Positions 19,193 through 30,808 of a stretch of 51,621 nt of DNA are shown here, piece after piece. The notes under the pieces are model-generated. The model did not search any database. It was given only the letters and a program-made list of their open reading frames with translations, and was not told the DNA's origin. The position numbers and the translations under genes are program-made. Positions within the stretch are counted from its first letter, which is position 1. Every line of letters starts with the position of its first letter. This stretch comes from Bacteroidota bacterium. Lineage in GTDB: Bacteria > Bacteroidota > Bacteroidia > UBA7662. Where the stretch lies: assembly GCA_016868485.1 (NCBI GenBank), contig VGGT01000001.1:1-51621 (forward strand). Direction: 5' to 3'.

Positions 19193-19200
19193 TATTTTTG
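19193..19200 (+). promoter_or_regulatory. Candidate -7 box (TATTTTTG) for rfbA, which heads the rfbA-galE-glyA-fabG run
   Basis: ggcTATTTTTGtgc ends 13 nt before ATG 19214, implying a very short leader. Confidence 0.4.
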
Positions 19201-19213
19201 TGCATTCCATATT

Positions 19214-20074
19214 ATGAAAGGCATTGTTTTGGCCGGAGGTTCCGGCACGCGTCTGCATCCGCTGACGCTCGCCATGAGTAAACAACTCATGCCCGTATAT
19301 GATAAACCCATGATTTATTACCCGCTATCGGTACTGATGATGGCGGGTATTCGGGAAATCCTGATCATTTCCACTCCCCACGACCTCCCTCATTTCGAAC
19401 GACTGCTCGGCGATGGTGCGCGATTAGGCTGCCGATTTGCGTACAAGATTCAGGAGGTGCCCAACGGTCTGGCCCAAGCCTTTGTGATTGGTGCTGATTT
19501 CATTTCGGGCGACAAATCCGCCCTGGTATTGGGCGATAATATTTTCTACGGATCGAGAATGGGTCGACTCCTTCAAGAAAACAATGATCCGGACGGTGCT
19601 GTGGTATTTGCTTACCACGTTTCGGACCCTGAGCGCTATGGTGTGGTGGAATTTGACCCTCAAATGCGTGCACTCAGTATTGAAGAAAAGCCCAAACAAC
19701 CCAAATCCAATTATGCCGTGCCTGGCCTCTATTTCTACGACCAGCAGGTAGTGGACATCGCGAAAAACCTCCGCCCATCAGCCCGTGGAGAATATGAGAT
19801 TACGGATGTGAACCGGATTTATTTAGAATCGGGCCAATTGAAGGTGGGCGTCTTGGATCGGGGAACGGCCTGGCTCGATACGGGCACCTTCGCTTCACTC
19901 ATGCAGGCCGGTCAGTTTGTGCAGGTGATTGAAGAGCGGCAAGGGCTCAAGATTGGTTGCATTGAGGAAATTGCCTATAATATGGGGTACATCGATGCGG
20001 CGCAATTAGAGTCGATTGCCCAGCCCCTTGTTAAAAGTGGATATGGGCAATACCTACTCAATTTGATCCATTAA
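19214..20074 (+). CDS. rfbA: Glucose-1-phosphate thymidylyltransferase
   Basis: ATG at 19214 gives [39 protein letters not shown]. The product is 286 aa. The track ORF is extended by 29 codons. Confidence 0.9.
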   Translation: MKGIVLAGGSGTRLHPLTLAMSKQLMPVYDKPMIYYPLSVLMMAGIREILIISTPHDLPHFERLLGDGARLGCRFAYKIQEVPNGLAQAFVIGADFISGDKSALVLGDNIFYGSRMGRLLQENNDPDGAVVFAYHVSDPERYGVVEFDPQMRALSIEEKPKQPKSNYAVPGLYFYDQQVVDIAKNLRPSARGEYEITDVNRIYLESGQLKVGVLDRGTAWLDTGTFASLMQAGQFVQVIEERQGLKIGCIEEIAYNMGYIDAAQLESIAQPLVKSGYGQYLLNLIH

Positions 20075-20076
20075 TC

Positions 20077-20144
20077 GAAGAAGTGCTTTTAACCACCAAC
20101 GTACAAACAAGAAGAAGCGCTTTTAACCACCAACGTACAAACAA
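20077..20144 (+). repeat. 34-bp direct tandem duplication (1 mismatch) in the rfbA-galE spacer
   Basis: gaagaagTgcttttaaccaccaacgtacaaacaa (20077-20110) is followed at once by gaagaagCgcttttaaccaccaacgtacaaacaa (20111-20144). Confidence 0.9.
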
Positions 20145-20153
20145 ATAGCTCAA

Positions 20154-21191
20154 ATGGGTAGAATATTGGTAACAGGCGGCTCCGGATACATTGGCTCACA
20201 CACGATCGTGGCGCTTTTGGAGGCGGGATACGAGGTGGTGAGCATCGATGACCATTCCCGATCGCATGACTTCATCATGAACCGAATCGAGCAGATTACG
20301 GGCACAAAGGTGGTCAACCACCGCATCAATTTGGTTGATCGACCCGCTCTTGAGGCATTTTTCCAACGCGAGCACCATGGCATTACCGGGGTCATTCATT
20401 TTGCAGCCTTTAAAGCGGTAGGGGAATCGAGCGCCAAACCCCTACTCTATTTCGAAAATAATCTCGTCGGCCAGATGAACCTTATGCGCTGTGTTGAGCA
20501 ATACAACATTCCTCATTTCGTGTTTTCATCGAGCTGCACGGTATACGGCAACCCAGAATCTTTGCCCGTTACGGAACACAGTCCACTTCTTGAGCCTGAA
20601 TCGCCTTATGGCCGAACCAAAGTGATTGGAGAAGCCTTCTTGCGCGACTGGGTCAAGGTATCTGCCACCCGCGTGGTAGCACTCCGGTATTTCAATCCGG
20701 TGGGGGCACACCCCTCGGCATTGATTGGTGAGTTTAGTCGCGGCATTCCAGAAAACCTCCTGCCCTACATCACCCAAACGGCGGCCGGCATACGCGAACG
20801 ACTCACCATTTATGGTCGCGACTACCCAACCCGCGACGGAACCTGCGTGCGCGACTACCTGCATGTATGCGACGTGGCTCAAGCGCATGTCGCTGCAATC
20901 AGGCATTTGGAAAAACATGCGGATGCCCCATCGTTCGATGTTTTTAATTTGGGCAGTGGGGTCGGACAAACGGTACTTGAAATGGTTCAAGCATTCGAAG
21001 AGGTAAGCGGAGCACCCTTGGCCTATTCCTTTGGCGAGCGAAGAACGGGTGATGTGGTGGCGGTTTATGCAGACAACACCAAAGCCCGTGAACAGCTGGG
21101 CTGGACCACACAGTATTCACTTCAGGACATGCTTCGAACGGCCTGGACTTGGGAACAAGCCCTATCTCAATCCCACAACGCGCATCTGTAA
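20154..21191 (+). CDS. galE: UDP-glucose 4-epimerase
   Basis: 345 aa. ILVTGGSGYIGSH Rossmann motif, catalytic YGRTK, and a typical GalE C-terminal half. Confidence 0.9.
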   Translation: MGRILVTGGSGYIGSHTIVALLEAGYEVVSIDDHSRSHDFIMNRIEQITGTKVVNHRINLVDRPALEAFFQREHHGITGVIHFAAFKAVGESSAKPLLYFENNLVGQMNLMRCVEQYNIPHFVFSSSCTVYGNPESLPVTEHSPLLEPESPYGRTKVIGEAFLRDWVKVSATRVVALRYFNPVGAHPSALIGEFSRGIPENLLPYITQTAAGIRERLTIYGRDYPTRDGTCVRDYLHVCDVAQAHVAAIRHLEKHADAPSFDVFNLGSGVGQTVLEMVQAFEEVSGAPLAYSFGERRTGDVVAVYADNTKAREQLGWTTQYSLQDMLRTAWTWEQALSQSHNAHL

Positions 21192-21215
21192 GCGCATAAA
21201 CCCTATTTTTGCCCC

Positions 21216-22505
21216 ATGCGCGATACGTTTATTTTTGATTTGATTGAACAAGAACACGACCGTCAAAAGCGGGGCTTAGAGCTGATTGCTTCCGAGAATT
21301 TTGTGAGTGAACAGGTTCGGGAGGCCGCAGGCTCTGTTCTCACGCACAAATACGCGGAAGGATTACCCGGCCGCCGCTATTACGGGGGATGTGCGGTGGT
21401 GGATGAAGTGGAACGTCTGGCGATTAGTCGATTGTGTCAGCTATTCGGTGCAGAATGGGCCAATGTTCAGCCCCACTCCGGGGCGCAGGCCAATGCCGCC
21501 ATTATGCTGGCCGTTTTGAAACCTGGGGATTCCATCCTCGGCTTTGATTTAAGCCATGGCGGCCACCTAACCCATGGCTCTGCGGTCAATTTTAGCGGAA
21601 AATTATATCGTCCGCATTTTTATGGCGTAGAAAAAGAAACGGGTCTTATCAACTACGATCGGGTAGCGGAGCAGGCGCGCGAGGCCAAGCCCAAATTGAT
21701 CATTTGTGGTGCCTCGGCTTATAGTCGCGATTGGGACTACCCTCGTCTTCGGGCCATTGCTGATGAAGTAGGGGCTCTGCTGCTGGCCGACATCTCCCAC
21801 CCGTCTGGACTGATCGCCACAGGTCTCCTCAACAATCCGCTGCCTCATTGCCACATCGTGAGCAGCACAACCCACAAAACCCTGAGAGGGCCTAGGGGTG
21901 GCATCATCATGATGGGGGCGGATATGCCCAATCCTATGGGAATCACGGGCCCCAAGGGTGATGTTCGCCCTTTGTCGGCTCTACTCGACCTGGGTGTTTT
22001 CCCGGGCACCCAAGGTGGCCCGCTCGAACACATCATTGCGGCCAAGGCGGTGGCCTTTGGAGAGGCCCTTCAGCCCTCCTTTAAGGCGTATATGCAACGC
22101 GTTCGAGAAAATGCACAGGCCATGGCCAGCGCATTGATGAATTTGGGCTACAATATTGTTTCTGGGGGCACCGACAACCACTTGATGTTGATTGATCTTC
22201 GCAATAAAGGGGTTACCGGCAAATTGGCTGAGAAGGCTTTGGAGAAAGCTGAGATTACCCTCAATAAGAACATGGTTCCCTTCGATACCCAATCGCCCAT
22301 GATCACCAGTGGAATAAGGGTGGGCACCCCTGCCATCACAACACGCGGATTGGGCACAGCAGATATGGTTCAAATTGTAGAATGGATCGATTCTGCTTTG
22401 AAAGACCCAGAAAATGATGTTCATTTGGCCAAGATCGGAAAGGAAGTACACGATAAAATGCATCACCTTCCTTTGTTTGCGTCCCATTCAGTTGAAAACG
22501 TTTAA
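21216..22505 (+). CDS. glyA: Serine hydroxymethyltransferase
   Basis: 429 aa. [11 protein letters not shown], and the PLP-lysine block [15 protein letters not shown]. Confidence 0.95.
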   Translation: MRDTFIFDLIEQEHDRQKRGLELIASENFVSEQVREAAGSVLTHKYAEGLPGRRYYGGCAVVDEVERLAISRLCQLFGAEWANVQPHSGAQANAAIMLAVLKPGDSILGFDLSHGGHLTHGSAVNFSGKLYRPHFYGVEKETGLINYDRVAEQAREAKPKLIICGASAYSRDWDYPRLRAIADEVGALLLADISHPSGLIATGLLNNPLPHCHIVSSTTHKTLRGPRGGIIMMGADMPNPMGITGPKGDVRPLSALLDLGVFPGTQGGPLEHIIAAKAVAFGEALQPSFKAYMQRVRENAQAMASALMNLGYNIVSGGTDNHLMLIDLRNKGVTGKLAEKALEKAEITLNKNMVPFDTQSPMITSGIRVGTPAITTRGLGTADMVQIVEWIDSALKDPENDVHLAKIGKEVHDKMHHLPLFASHSVENV

Positions 22506-22511
22506 ACGCAT

Positions 22512-23270
22512 ATGAACAACCCCAAATTGGAAGGTCAGGTGGCCTTAATTACAGGCGCTACCCGAGGAATAGGAAAAGGCATCGCGCTCAGATTTGCCCA
22601 AGAAGGGGCGCATGTGGCGTTCACCTACATGCAGTCGGCAGAAAAGGCACTGGCCTTGGAGGAAGAATTGCGCGCGATGGGGGTTCAATGCAAAGGGTAT
22701 TGTTCGGATGCGGGCGACCACTTAGCCGCAGAAGCCTTGATCCATTCAGTGCTTAGCGATTTTGGAGACCTCCATATTTTGGTGAACAACGCCGGAATCA
22801 CGCGCGACGGACTCTTGTTGCGCATGAGCGAAGCCCAATGGGATGAGGTCATCCATACCAATCTCAAGTCGGTCTACAACATGACGCGTTTTGCTTCGAA
22901 ACATATGATGAAGCAGCGGAGGGGGTCATTAATCAATATGACATCGGTTGTCGGACGAAATGGAAATGCCGGACAGGCCAACTACGCGGCCTCAAAAGCC
23001 GGTGTTATTGGCTTTACCCAAAGTATAGCGAAAGAATTGGGTGCCCGAAATATCCGTTGCAACGCGGTAGCTCCTGGCTTTATTGAAACTGAAATGACGG
23101 GGGCGCTCGACGAGTCTACCATCGACCTCTGGAAAAAATCAATTCCTTTGGGTCGCCCAGGCAGTGTGGCTGATGTGGCAGCGCTGTGTGTTTTTCTGGC
23201 CTCAGACGACAGTTCCTACATTACCGGACAGGTGATCAATGTATGCGGAGGGTTACAAACACATGGTTAA
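22512..23270 (+). CDS. fabG: 3-oxoacyl-[ACP] reductase
   Basis: 252 aa. ITGATRGIGKGIA, NNAGITRD, YAASKAG. Confidence 0.85.
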   Translation: MNNPKLEGQVALITGATRGIGKGIALRFAQEGAHVAFTYMQSAEKALALEEELRAMGVQCKGYCSDAGDHLAAEALIHSVLSDFGDLHILVNNAGITRDGLLLRMSEAQWDEVIHTNLKSVYNMTRFASKHMMKQRRGSLINMTSVVGRNGNAGQANYAASKAGVIGFTQSIAKELGARNIRCNAVAPGFIETEMTGALDESTIDLWKKSIPLGRPGSVADVAALCVFLASDDSSYITGQVINVCGGLQTHG

Positions 23271-23311
23271 ACGCTCATTATTTACTTTAATCGTGGTTTT
23301 GGCTGTTCACA

Positions 23312-25411
23312 ATGCCTGAATTTTTAACGAATTACTCGCCATTGTGGCTGTTGTTGGCTCCGTTGGGGGGGGCTCTTTTCGCATGGTTCTTCTATAGGAA
23401 TACCAAAAGCAAGCTCAGCAGGGCTTGGTTTCAGTATCCGTTGGTCCTCTTGAGGGGTATTGTGGTTAGCCTCGTCATCCTGCTGCTGTTAAACCCGTTT
23501 CTGAAAACCCAGCGCAAAAGGGTTGATCGGCCTTTATTGGTTGTGGCCATCGATGAAAGTCAATCCATGTTGTTTCACAACGACAGCCTACAACAGGCTT
23601 CACAATTACAAAACTGGTTAAAAGCGGCTAAAAATCAGTTGGGTGACGGTTTTGATTTGAGGGTCATGGGTTTCGGAGATGAAACAAGCGACAGTTTACT
23701 TTGGCGTTTTGATCAACAAGCAACCGATTTCTCCCGATTGTTTCAGCGCATAGAAGATCGTTATGCTGGGCAGCGACTGGCTGCAGTTCTTTTAGCGAGT
23801 GATGGCATCTACAACCAAGGTACCGAACCGGTAACACAATCGTCACGCCTCAACGTCCCTATATATTGTTATGGAATGGGTGATACCCGTCAAGCTCGTG
23901 ACCTCAGCATTGTGGACCTTAGGGTCAACCGAACTTCATTTGTGGGCACCGAATTTCCGGTATCAGTGGACCTGCAAGCTACTTTGATGCCGGGGATTGA
24001 AGCAGAAATTTTCTTGGAGAAATTAGAGGGTGGACGGGCCATCAGCATCGATAAAAAATCGCTACACATCGGATCGGGTCGCTTTTTTGAGAATCTGCTG
24101 TTTACTACCCCCGCTGATCGGGCTGGAATGCATCGCTACCGTATACGAGCGACTGCACCAGGGGGTGACGACCTGCCAGCCAATGATATTCGTGAGTTCT
24201 TTGTGGAGGTCGTGGATGCGCGTACTTCCATTCTGTTGCTTGGCCATGGTGCACACCCCGACTTGGGCTGCATCAAAGATGCCCTCGAAAAGTCGCCCCT
24301 ATTTGAGGTCAACACGGCCTACTCTTTCGATCCGCCCCAAATTAAAGCAGGTACGGCGGCTGTGATCGTGCATCAACTGCCTTCCGTGGCTCCTGGAAGT
24401 TCGGCATGGATGAAAATGGTCGAAAGCTCAGGCCTGCCGGTATGGTATATTGCCGGGTCCGCCAGCAGCATACCGCAACTCAATGCCGTGCAATCACTGG
24501 TGCGGATTACCACACAGCGGGGGGGCGTTAATAGTGTACTGGGTTCAGTTGTTTCTGATTTTGCGTTGTTTACCCTTGAAGATGAATTGAAGAAAGCCAT
24601 TGCCGGTATGCCGCCACTCGAAGCACCTTTTGGCACTTATTCGAAGGGACCAGCGGCCGTTTCTCTATTGAATCAAAAGGTAGGTTCGATGGCCACCGAT
24701 ATGCCCCTATGGGCACTCGCCCCCAATGTTCGTCCGCGTCAAGCCTTGTTGTTGGGGGAGGGCATCTGGCGATGGCGCTTGGCACAGGCAGAAAAAAATA
24801 AAGAAACGGATGCTTTAGGGGAGCTGATCCGCCGAACCACTCAGTTTTTGTCGGTAAAACCCGACGACCGTCCTTTTCAATTGCGAACCGTGCGCCGGTT
24901 GTTTCGCGAACAGGATGATGTTGTTTTTGAGGGTGTAGTGTTCAATAAAAACCGAGAGCAAGTGAATGAACCGGATGTGCAGTTGAATATAATCAGCGAA
25001 GAAGGCCAACAATTTAACTATATGATGGGCAAAAACGGGAAAAGCTATCGTTTGAATGTGGGTGGGCTACCTGCCGGACAATACCGCTACAAAGGCTCAG
25101 TGACGTTGGCGGGTGAACGATTTGAATCGGAGGGCGCTTTTGCCGTGGAACGTGTGAACTTAGAGCAAAGTCGAACCGCCGCTGATCATGATCTTCTATC
25201 CCAAATGGCGGCCAAAAGCGGTGGTCAATTTGTGGCAGGCGGAGACGGCGTCGCTCTATTCAAAGAACTCAGTAAACGAGTACCATCCACAGCGGTCACC
25301 TACCTCGAACGCACATTAAGCGAATTAATTAGCTTGGAAATCCTTCTGATTCTGTTGGGCGTTTTCCTCTCAGCTGAGTGGATGCTCCGTCGCTACGCTG
25401 GCATCTATTAA
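23312..25411 (+). CDS. Membrane-anchored vWA-like protein of unknown function (BatA-like N-terminal double-TM region, DxSxS motif, C-terminal TM)
   Basis: 699 aa. N-terminus WLLLAPLGGALFAWFFY plus a second TM (LLRGIVVSLVILLLL). A MIDAS-like VVAIDESQSM follows. The C-terminal TM is ISLEILLILLGVFLSAEWMLRR. Confidence 0.55.
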   Translation: MPEFLTNYSPLWLLLAPLGGALFAWFFYRNTKSKLSRAWFQYPLVLLRGIVVSLVILLLLNPFLKTQRKRVDRPLLVVAIDESQSMLFHNDSLQQASQLQNWLKAAKNQLGDGFDLRVMGFGDETSDSLLWRFDQQATDFSRLFQRIEDRYAGQRLAAVLLASDGIYNQGTEPVTQSSRLNVPIYCYGMGDTRQARDLSIVDLRVNRTSFVGTEFPVSVDLQATLMPGIEAEIFLEKLEGGRAISIDKKSLHIGSGRFFENLLFTTPADRAGMHRYRIRATAPGGDDLPANDIREFFVEVVDARTSILLLGHGAHPDLGCIKDALEKSPLFEVNTAYSFDPPQIKAGTAAVIVHQLPSVAPGSSAWMKMVESSGLPVWYIAGSASSIPQLNAVQSLVRITTQRGGVNSVLGSVVSDFALFTLEDELKKAIAGMPPLEAPFGTYSKGPAAVSLLNQKVGSMATDMPLWALAPNVRPRQALLLGEGIWRWRLAQAEKNKETDALGELIRRTTQFLSVKPDDRPFQLRTVRRLFREQDDVVFEGVVFNKNREQVNEPDVQLNIISEEGQQFNYMMGKNGKSYRLNVGGLPAGQYRYKGSVTLAGERFESEGAFAVERVNLEQSRTAADHDLLSQMAAKSGGQFVAGGDGVALFKELSKRVPSTAVTYLERTLSELISLEILLILLGVFLSAEWMLRRYAGIY

Positions 25412-25445
25412 GCCATTTATTCGAGAAAATTAAACCGAATTTCAT

Positions 25446-25487
25446 ATTCCGGCTGGGGCCTGTGCCTATTCCGGCTGGGGCCTGTGC

Positions 25488-25497
<10 letters not shown>
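25446..25497. repeat. 22-bp tandem repeat x2.4 between the convergent vWA gene and ftsB; the last partial copy forms the ftsB 3' end
   Basis: attccggctggggcctgtgcct at 25446 and 25468, then attccggc at 25490. The ftsB stop (25488-25490) lies inside the array. Confidence 0.9.
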
Positions 25498-27109
<1,612 letters not shown>

Positions 27110-27142
27110 TTAAATGTTATCGTGGCGAATATGCTTGTTTGG

Positions 27143-27150
27143 CAAATATA
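27143..27150 (-). promoter_or_regulatory. Candidate -7 box (TATATTTG) for eno-ftsB
   Basis: The minus strand reads aagTATATTTGccaaac, 42 nt upstream of ATG 27100. A TTG lies 23 nt further upstream, which is a long spacer. Confidence 0.4.
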
Positions 27151-27247
27151 CTTTATTGATCGATAATCCCGAACAATTTTGCTATCTGATGCACTTTTGC
27201 TTCATTCATCGATTGCCGAACGATGGATTTTCGGATGACCTTTGGCT

Positions 27248-28381
27248 TCATACACAAGAAGCAATGAGGTGGGCAAATTCATCAAAAAGATAGCGGGAGT
27301 CATGGGGGCCCGGACAGGCCTCGGGGTGATGTTGTACGCTGAACAAGGGTTTTGTGCGGTGTCGGAATCCTTCTACTGTTTGGTCGTTTAGGTTGATGTG
27401 GGTAATCTGTAGATCGAGATTATTTTTAATTCCAGCGGCATCAACCCCAAAACCGTGATTTTGACTGGTAATTTCACTGCGTCCATTCAATATATTTTGG
27501 ACGGGGTGGTTGATACCGCGATGTCCGTGGTGCATTTTAAAAGTGCCCACACCTAATGCCCGTGCCAATAGTTGGTGTCCTAAGCAAATGCCCATGACCG
27601 GTAATTCATGATCAATAAGCGCTTGAATAACACGTATTTGGTTGAGCATGGATGCCGGATCGCCTGGACCGTTACTCAACAGAATACCGTGGGGCTGGTG
27701 ACTCAGGATCTCCGTAGTGGTTGAATGTGAAGGCACAACCACCACCTTAAATCCTTTTGACCTCAACAGGCGCAGGATATTTGATTTGGTTCCATAATCA
27801 ACTACCACTACCGTTTTCAAGCTCAAATCACCCTCTTGTGGCTCAAAAATATAGGATTCAACTGTTCCCACCTGGCTGCTCAGATCCAATCCCTCCATGG
27901 CTGGCACGTCATTCAGTCGTCTTAAAAGTTGTTCATCCGTATGATCTTCGTCGCTCATCACCGCGTTCATGCTTCCGCGACTTCGGATCTGGCGAACAAG
28001 AGCACGTGTGTCCACATCAGCAATTGCCAAACATCGACGTTCTTTCAAGTATTCTGAGATACTCCCGTCGCCACGTTTACGGGACCAGCTACGCGCCATA
28101 TTGCGCACGATTAATCCAGAAATTTGTACTTCATCCGACTCTTGCTCGTCATTTTTGAAGCCGTAGTTACCAATGTGCGCCGCAGTCATCACCATGATTT
28201 GCCCTTTGTAGGAAGGATCGGTAAACACCTCCTGATAGCCCGTCATCCCAGTGTTGAAACACAATTCGCCAAAAGCAGTACCTGAATATCCTACGCTTCT
28301 TCCTGTAAAACAACTTCCATCGGATAGAATCAAACGCGCTTTGCGTACAAAATCGCGCTGAAGAGGGATAGGGTTCATCAT
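27248..28381 (-). CDS. carA: Carbamoyl-phosphate synthase small (glutaminase) subunit
   Basis: 377 aa. GMTGYQEVFTDPSYKGQI, the nucleophile block GICLGHQLL, and HHPE. carB is not adjacent. Confidence 0.9.
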   Translation of the reverse strand: MMNPIPLQRDFVRKARLILSDGSCFTGRSVGYSGTAFGELCFNTGMTGYQEVFTDPSYKGQIMVMTAAHIGNYGFKNDEQESDEVQISGLIVRNMARSWSRKRGDGSISEYLKERRCLAIADVDTRALVRQIRSRGSMNAVMSDEDHTDEQLLRRLNDVPAMEGLDLSSQVGTVESYIFEPQEGDLSLKTVVVVDYGTKSNILRLLRSKGFKVVVVPSHSTTTEILSHQPHGILLSNGPGDPASMLNQIRVIQALIDHELPVMGICLGHQLLARALGVGTFKMHHGHRGINHPVQNILNGRSEITSQNHGFGVDAAGIKNNLDLQITHINLNDQTVEGFRHRTKPLFSVQHHPEACPGPHDSRYLFDEFAHLIASCV

Positions 28382-28390
28382 ATTTGCCTA

Positions 28391-28398
28391 CAAATCTA
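28391..28398 (-). promoter_or_regulatory. Candidate -7 box (TAGATTTG) for carA, only about 10 nt from the start codon
   Basis: The minus strand reads gcgTAGATTTGtaggcaaata followed by ATG (28381) ATG (28378). This implies a near-leaderless mRNA. Confidence 0.35.
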
Positions 28399-28444
28399 CG
28401 CAGCGCATGTCAGTAAGGCAAGAAAATTGAATCAACACCCCTTA

Positions 28445-28476
28445 AAAAGCAAAAAGGACGCGCCAAGGCACGTCCT
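28445..28476 (-). terminator. Rho-independent terminator closing the ribosomal / rpoA-rplQ operon
   Basis: The minus strand, 21 nt after the rplQ stop, reads AGGACGTG-ccttgg-CGCGTCCT. That is an 8-bp stem with one G-U pair, followed by TTTTGCTTTTT. Confidence 0.7.
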
Positions 28477-28497
28477 ATGCTAAAAAAGATAATCCAA

Positions 28498-29172
28498 TCA
28501 ATCGGCTGAAGAATCGGCAGCTGAGTCCCCTGATCCAGAGTCTGCACTGCTTGCATCATCGGAATGGGAATGATCAGTTACTTCTTCGGAATGGGAATGA
28601 CCTGTTACTTCGTCGGAATGGGAATGTTCAGTTACTTCTTCGGCCTGTGTAGGCTCTGTGGTCGCTAATGTCTCTGTTGCCATAGCCCCTGCACCCGCTA
28701 CAACCGATGATGGTGCAGAAACAGGAGTAGATGAACCAGAATCGGCAGACTTTTTACCAGAACGCGAACGACGTGTTTTGGCTTTCTTAGATTGGGACTC
28801 AGCAAGCATGAGCTCGTTAAAATCGACCAATTCGATCATACACATTTCAGCGGCATCACCCAAACGAAAACCCGTGCGAATGATTCGGGTGTATCCCCCT
28901 GGTCTGTTCGCAACTTTGTCGCCGACTGTTGCAAAGAGTTCCTTCACTGCATGCTTATCCTGCAAATACGAGAAAGCCGTTCTGCGGTTGTGCATGGAGT
29001 CATCTTTAGACCGGGTAATGATCGGTTCAACATAACGGCGAAGTGCTTTCGCCTTCGCAACAGTCGTGTTGATTCGCTTATTCATAATCAACGATACCGC
29101 TAAATTTTGTAGCAACGCATCGCGATGGGCGGCCATTCGGCCGAGGTGATTAATGGTTTTTCCGTGGCGCAT
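28498..29172 (-). CDS. rplQ: 50S ribosomal protein L17 with a ~105-aa acidic/His-rich C-terminal extension
   Basis: The N-terminal ~119 aa form a canonical L17 ([24 protein letters not shown]...[25 protein letters not shown]). The tail is Ser/Ala/Thr/Asp/Glu/His-rich. Confidence 0.9.
   Translation of the reverse strand: MRHGKTINHLGRMAAHRDALLQNLAVSLIMNKRINTTVAKAKALRRYVEPIITRSKDDSMHNRRTAFSYLQDKHAVKELFATVGDKVANRPGGYTRIIRTGFRLGDAAEMCMIELVDFNELMLAESQSKKAKTRRSRSGKKSADSGSSTPVSAPSSVVAGAGAMATETLATTEPTQAEEVTEHSHSDEVTGHSHSEEVTDHSHSDDASSADSGSGDSAADSSAD
28561..28641 (-). repeat. In-frame 27-bp tandem repeat x3 in the L17 tail (EEVTEHSHS / DEVTGHSHS / EEVTDHSHS)
   Basis: Plus-strand units ggaatgggaatg(atc/acc/ttc)(a/t)gttacttc(tt/gt)c start at 28561, 28588 and 28615. 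Confidence 0.9.
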
Positions 29173-29183
29173 AATTTTTTGTC

Positions 29184-30176
29184 TTAATCTTCATCGAGGC
29201 GATAGCGTGCAACATCAAAGCCGAAGGTGAGGCCTTTCTCGCGCACCAATTCTTCCAGTTCGGTCAATGATTTCCTTCCAAAATTCCTGAAACGAAGCAA
29301 ATCGGCAATTTCAAATTTAACGAGATCACCCAAAGTCCGAATCTCAGCAGCTTTCAAGCAATTGAATGCCCGAACCGACAAATCTAAATCTGCGAGTGAG
29401 GTTTTCAGGAGTTTGCGAATCGCTACAGTGTTTTCATCAACTTCCATGGGCACTTCGCGCTTGTTTGTTGCGAGCGTTATCGATTCATCCGAAAACAACA
29501 CAAAATGTTGAATCAAAATATCGGCTGCCTGTTTTAGTGCTTCCTCTGAGTTGATCGAACCATCGGTTCTAACAGAAATAATGAGCTTCTCATAATCTGT
29601 CTTTTGCTCTACTCGGGTGTTTTCGACCGAATAATTGACCGCCACAATGGGCGTAAAAATGCTGTCGATCGGAATTACACCCAAATTCGCGTCTGCGTTT
29701 TTGTTTTCCTCTGAGGGAACATAGCCACGACCCTTTTCCAAGTTCAACTCCATATCAAAGGTAACACCATGCTCGACATGACAAATCACTAAATCCGGAT
29801 TCAACACTTCAAATCCAACACAGTGGCTACCCAAGTCACCGGCAGTAATTTCTGTTTTGCCCTTTACAGAGGCATAAATTCTTTCCGAGTCCTGTCCGTT
29901 GTCGAGTGAACGAAAACGAATCTGCTTTAAGTTCAAAATGATCTCCACTACATCCTCTACAACACCTTTTATAGTCGAAAATTCATGATCGACTCCAGGA
30001 ATGCGGATTGAGGTGATGGCATAGCCCTCCAAAGAGGACAATAAGATGCGACGAAGCGCATTACCAATGGTAACGCCAAAACCGGGTTCAAGCGGTTTAA
30101 ATTCGAATGTACCCTCATTAGCAGAGGATTGCTGCATTAAGACCTTCTCAGGTTTTTGGAACGATAGTATGGCCAT
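29184..30176 (-). CDS. rpoA: DNA-directed RNA polymerase subunit alpha
   Basis: 330 aa. [36 protein letters not shown], and a C-terminal domain with [21 protein letters not shown]. Confidence 0.95.
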   Translation of the reverse strand: MAILSFQKPEKVLMQQSSANEGTFEFKPLEPGFGVTIGNALRRILLSSLEGYAITSIRIPGVDHEFSTIKGVVEDVVEIILNLKQIRFRSLDNGQDSERIYASVKGKTEITAGDLGSHCVGFEVLNPDLVICHVEHGVTFDMELNLEKGRGYVPSEENKNADANLGVIPIDSIFTPIVAVNYSVENTRVEQKTDYEKLIISVRTDGSINSEEALKQAADILIQHFVLFSDESITLATNKREVPMEVDENTVAIRKLLKTSLADLDLSVRAFNCLKAAEIRTLGDLVKFEIADLLRFRNFGRKSLTELEELVREKGLTFGFDVARYRLDED

Positions 30177-30182
30177 TCTTAA

Positions 30183-30791
30183 TTATTTAGAGTACAATTC
30201 AACAATCAACTGTTCGCGGATGTTCTCAGGGATCTGGTCACGCTCAGGCAAATTCAAAAGTTTGCCCTCCATGCGACTATGATCCCACTCGAGCCAAGGG
30301 AAATTTGCCTTTTGCTTTCCGCCCACCGCGTTCACAATAGCCTCCAAATTCTTGGAACGCTCGCGAACCCCTACGCGGTCACCCGGACGAACTTCATAAG
30401 AAGGGATGTTCACTACATGATCGTTGACCGTGATGTGGCGGTGAGAAACCAATTGACGGGCACCATCTCGAGTGGGCGCAATGCCCAATCGGAAAACGGT
30501 GTTATCAAGACGAGCCTCCAAAAACTTTAAAAGGTTTTCACCTGTAGTTCCTTTGCGTCGATTGGCCTTTTCAAAGGTCTTTCTGAACTGACGCTCCAAT
30601 ACACCATAAGTATATTTAGCTTTTTGCTTCTCCATCAACTGGATCGCATACTCCGACTTTTTCGGACTGCGCTTAGATTGCCCATGCTGACCTGGCGCGT
30701 AATTTTTACGTTGCAGCGCTTTGTCGGGACCAAAAATAGCCTCCTTAAATTTACGCGCAATCTTACTCTTTGGACCTGTGTATCTTGCCAT
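30183..30791 (-). CDS. rpsD: 30S ribosomal protein S4
   Basis: 202 aa, [15 protein letters not shown]... Operon position S11-S4-RpoA. Confidence 0.95.
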   Translation of the reverse strand: MARYTGPKSKIARKFKEAIFGPDKALQRKNYAPGQHGQSKRSPKKSEYAIQLMEKQKAKYTYGVLERQFRKTFEKANRRKGTTGENLLKFLEARLDNTVFRLGIAPTRDGARQLVSHRHITVNDHVVNIPSYEVRPGDRVGVRERSKNLEAIVNAVGGKQKANFPWLEWDHSRMEGKLLNLPERDQIPENIREQLIVELYSK

Positions 30792-30808
30792 GATTGTTGA
30801 TTAATTAA

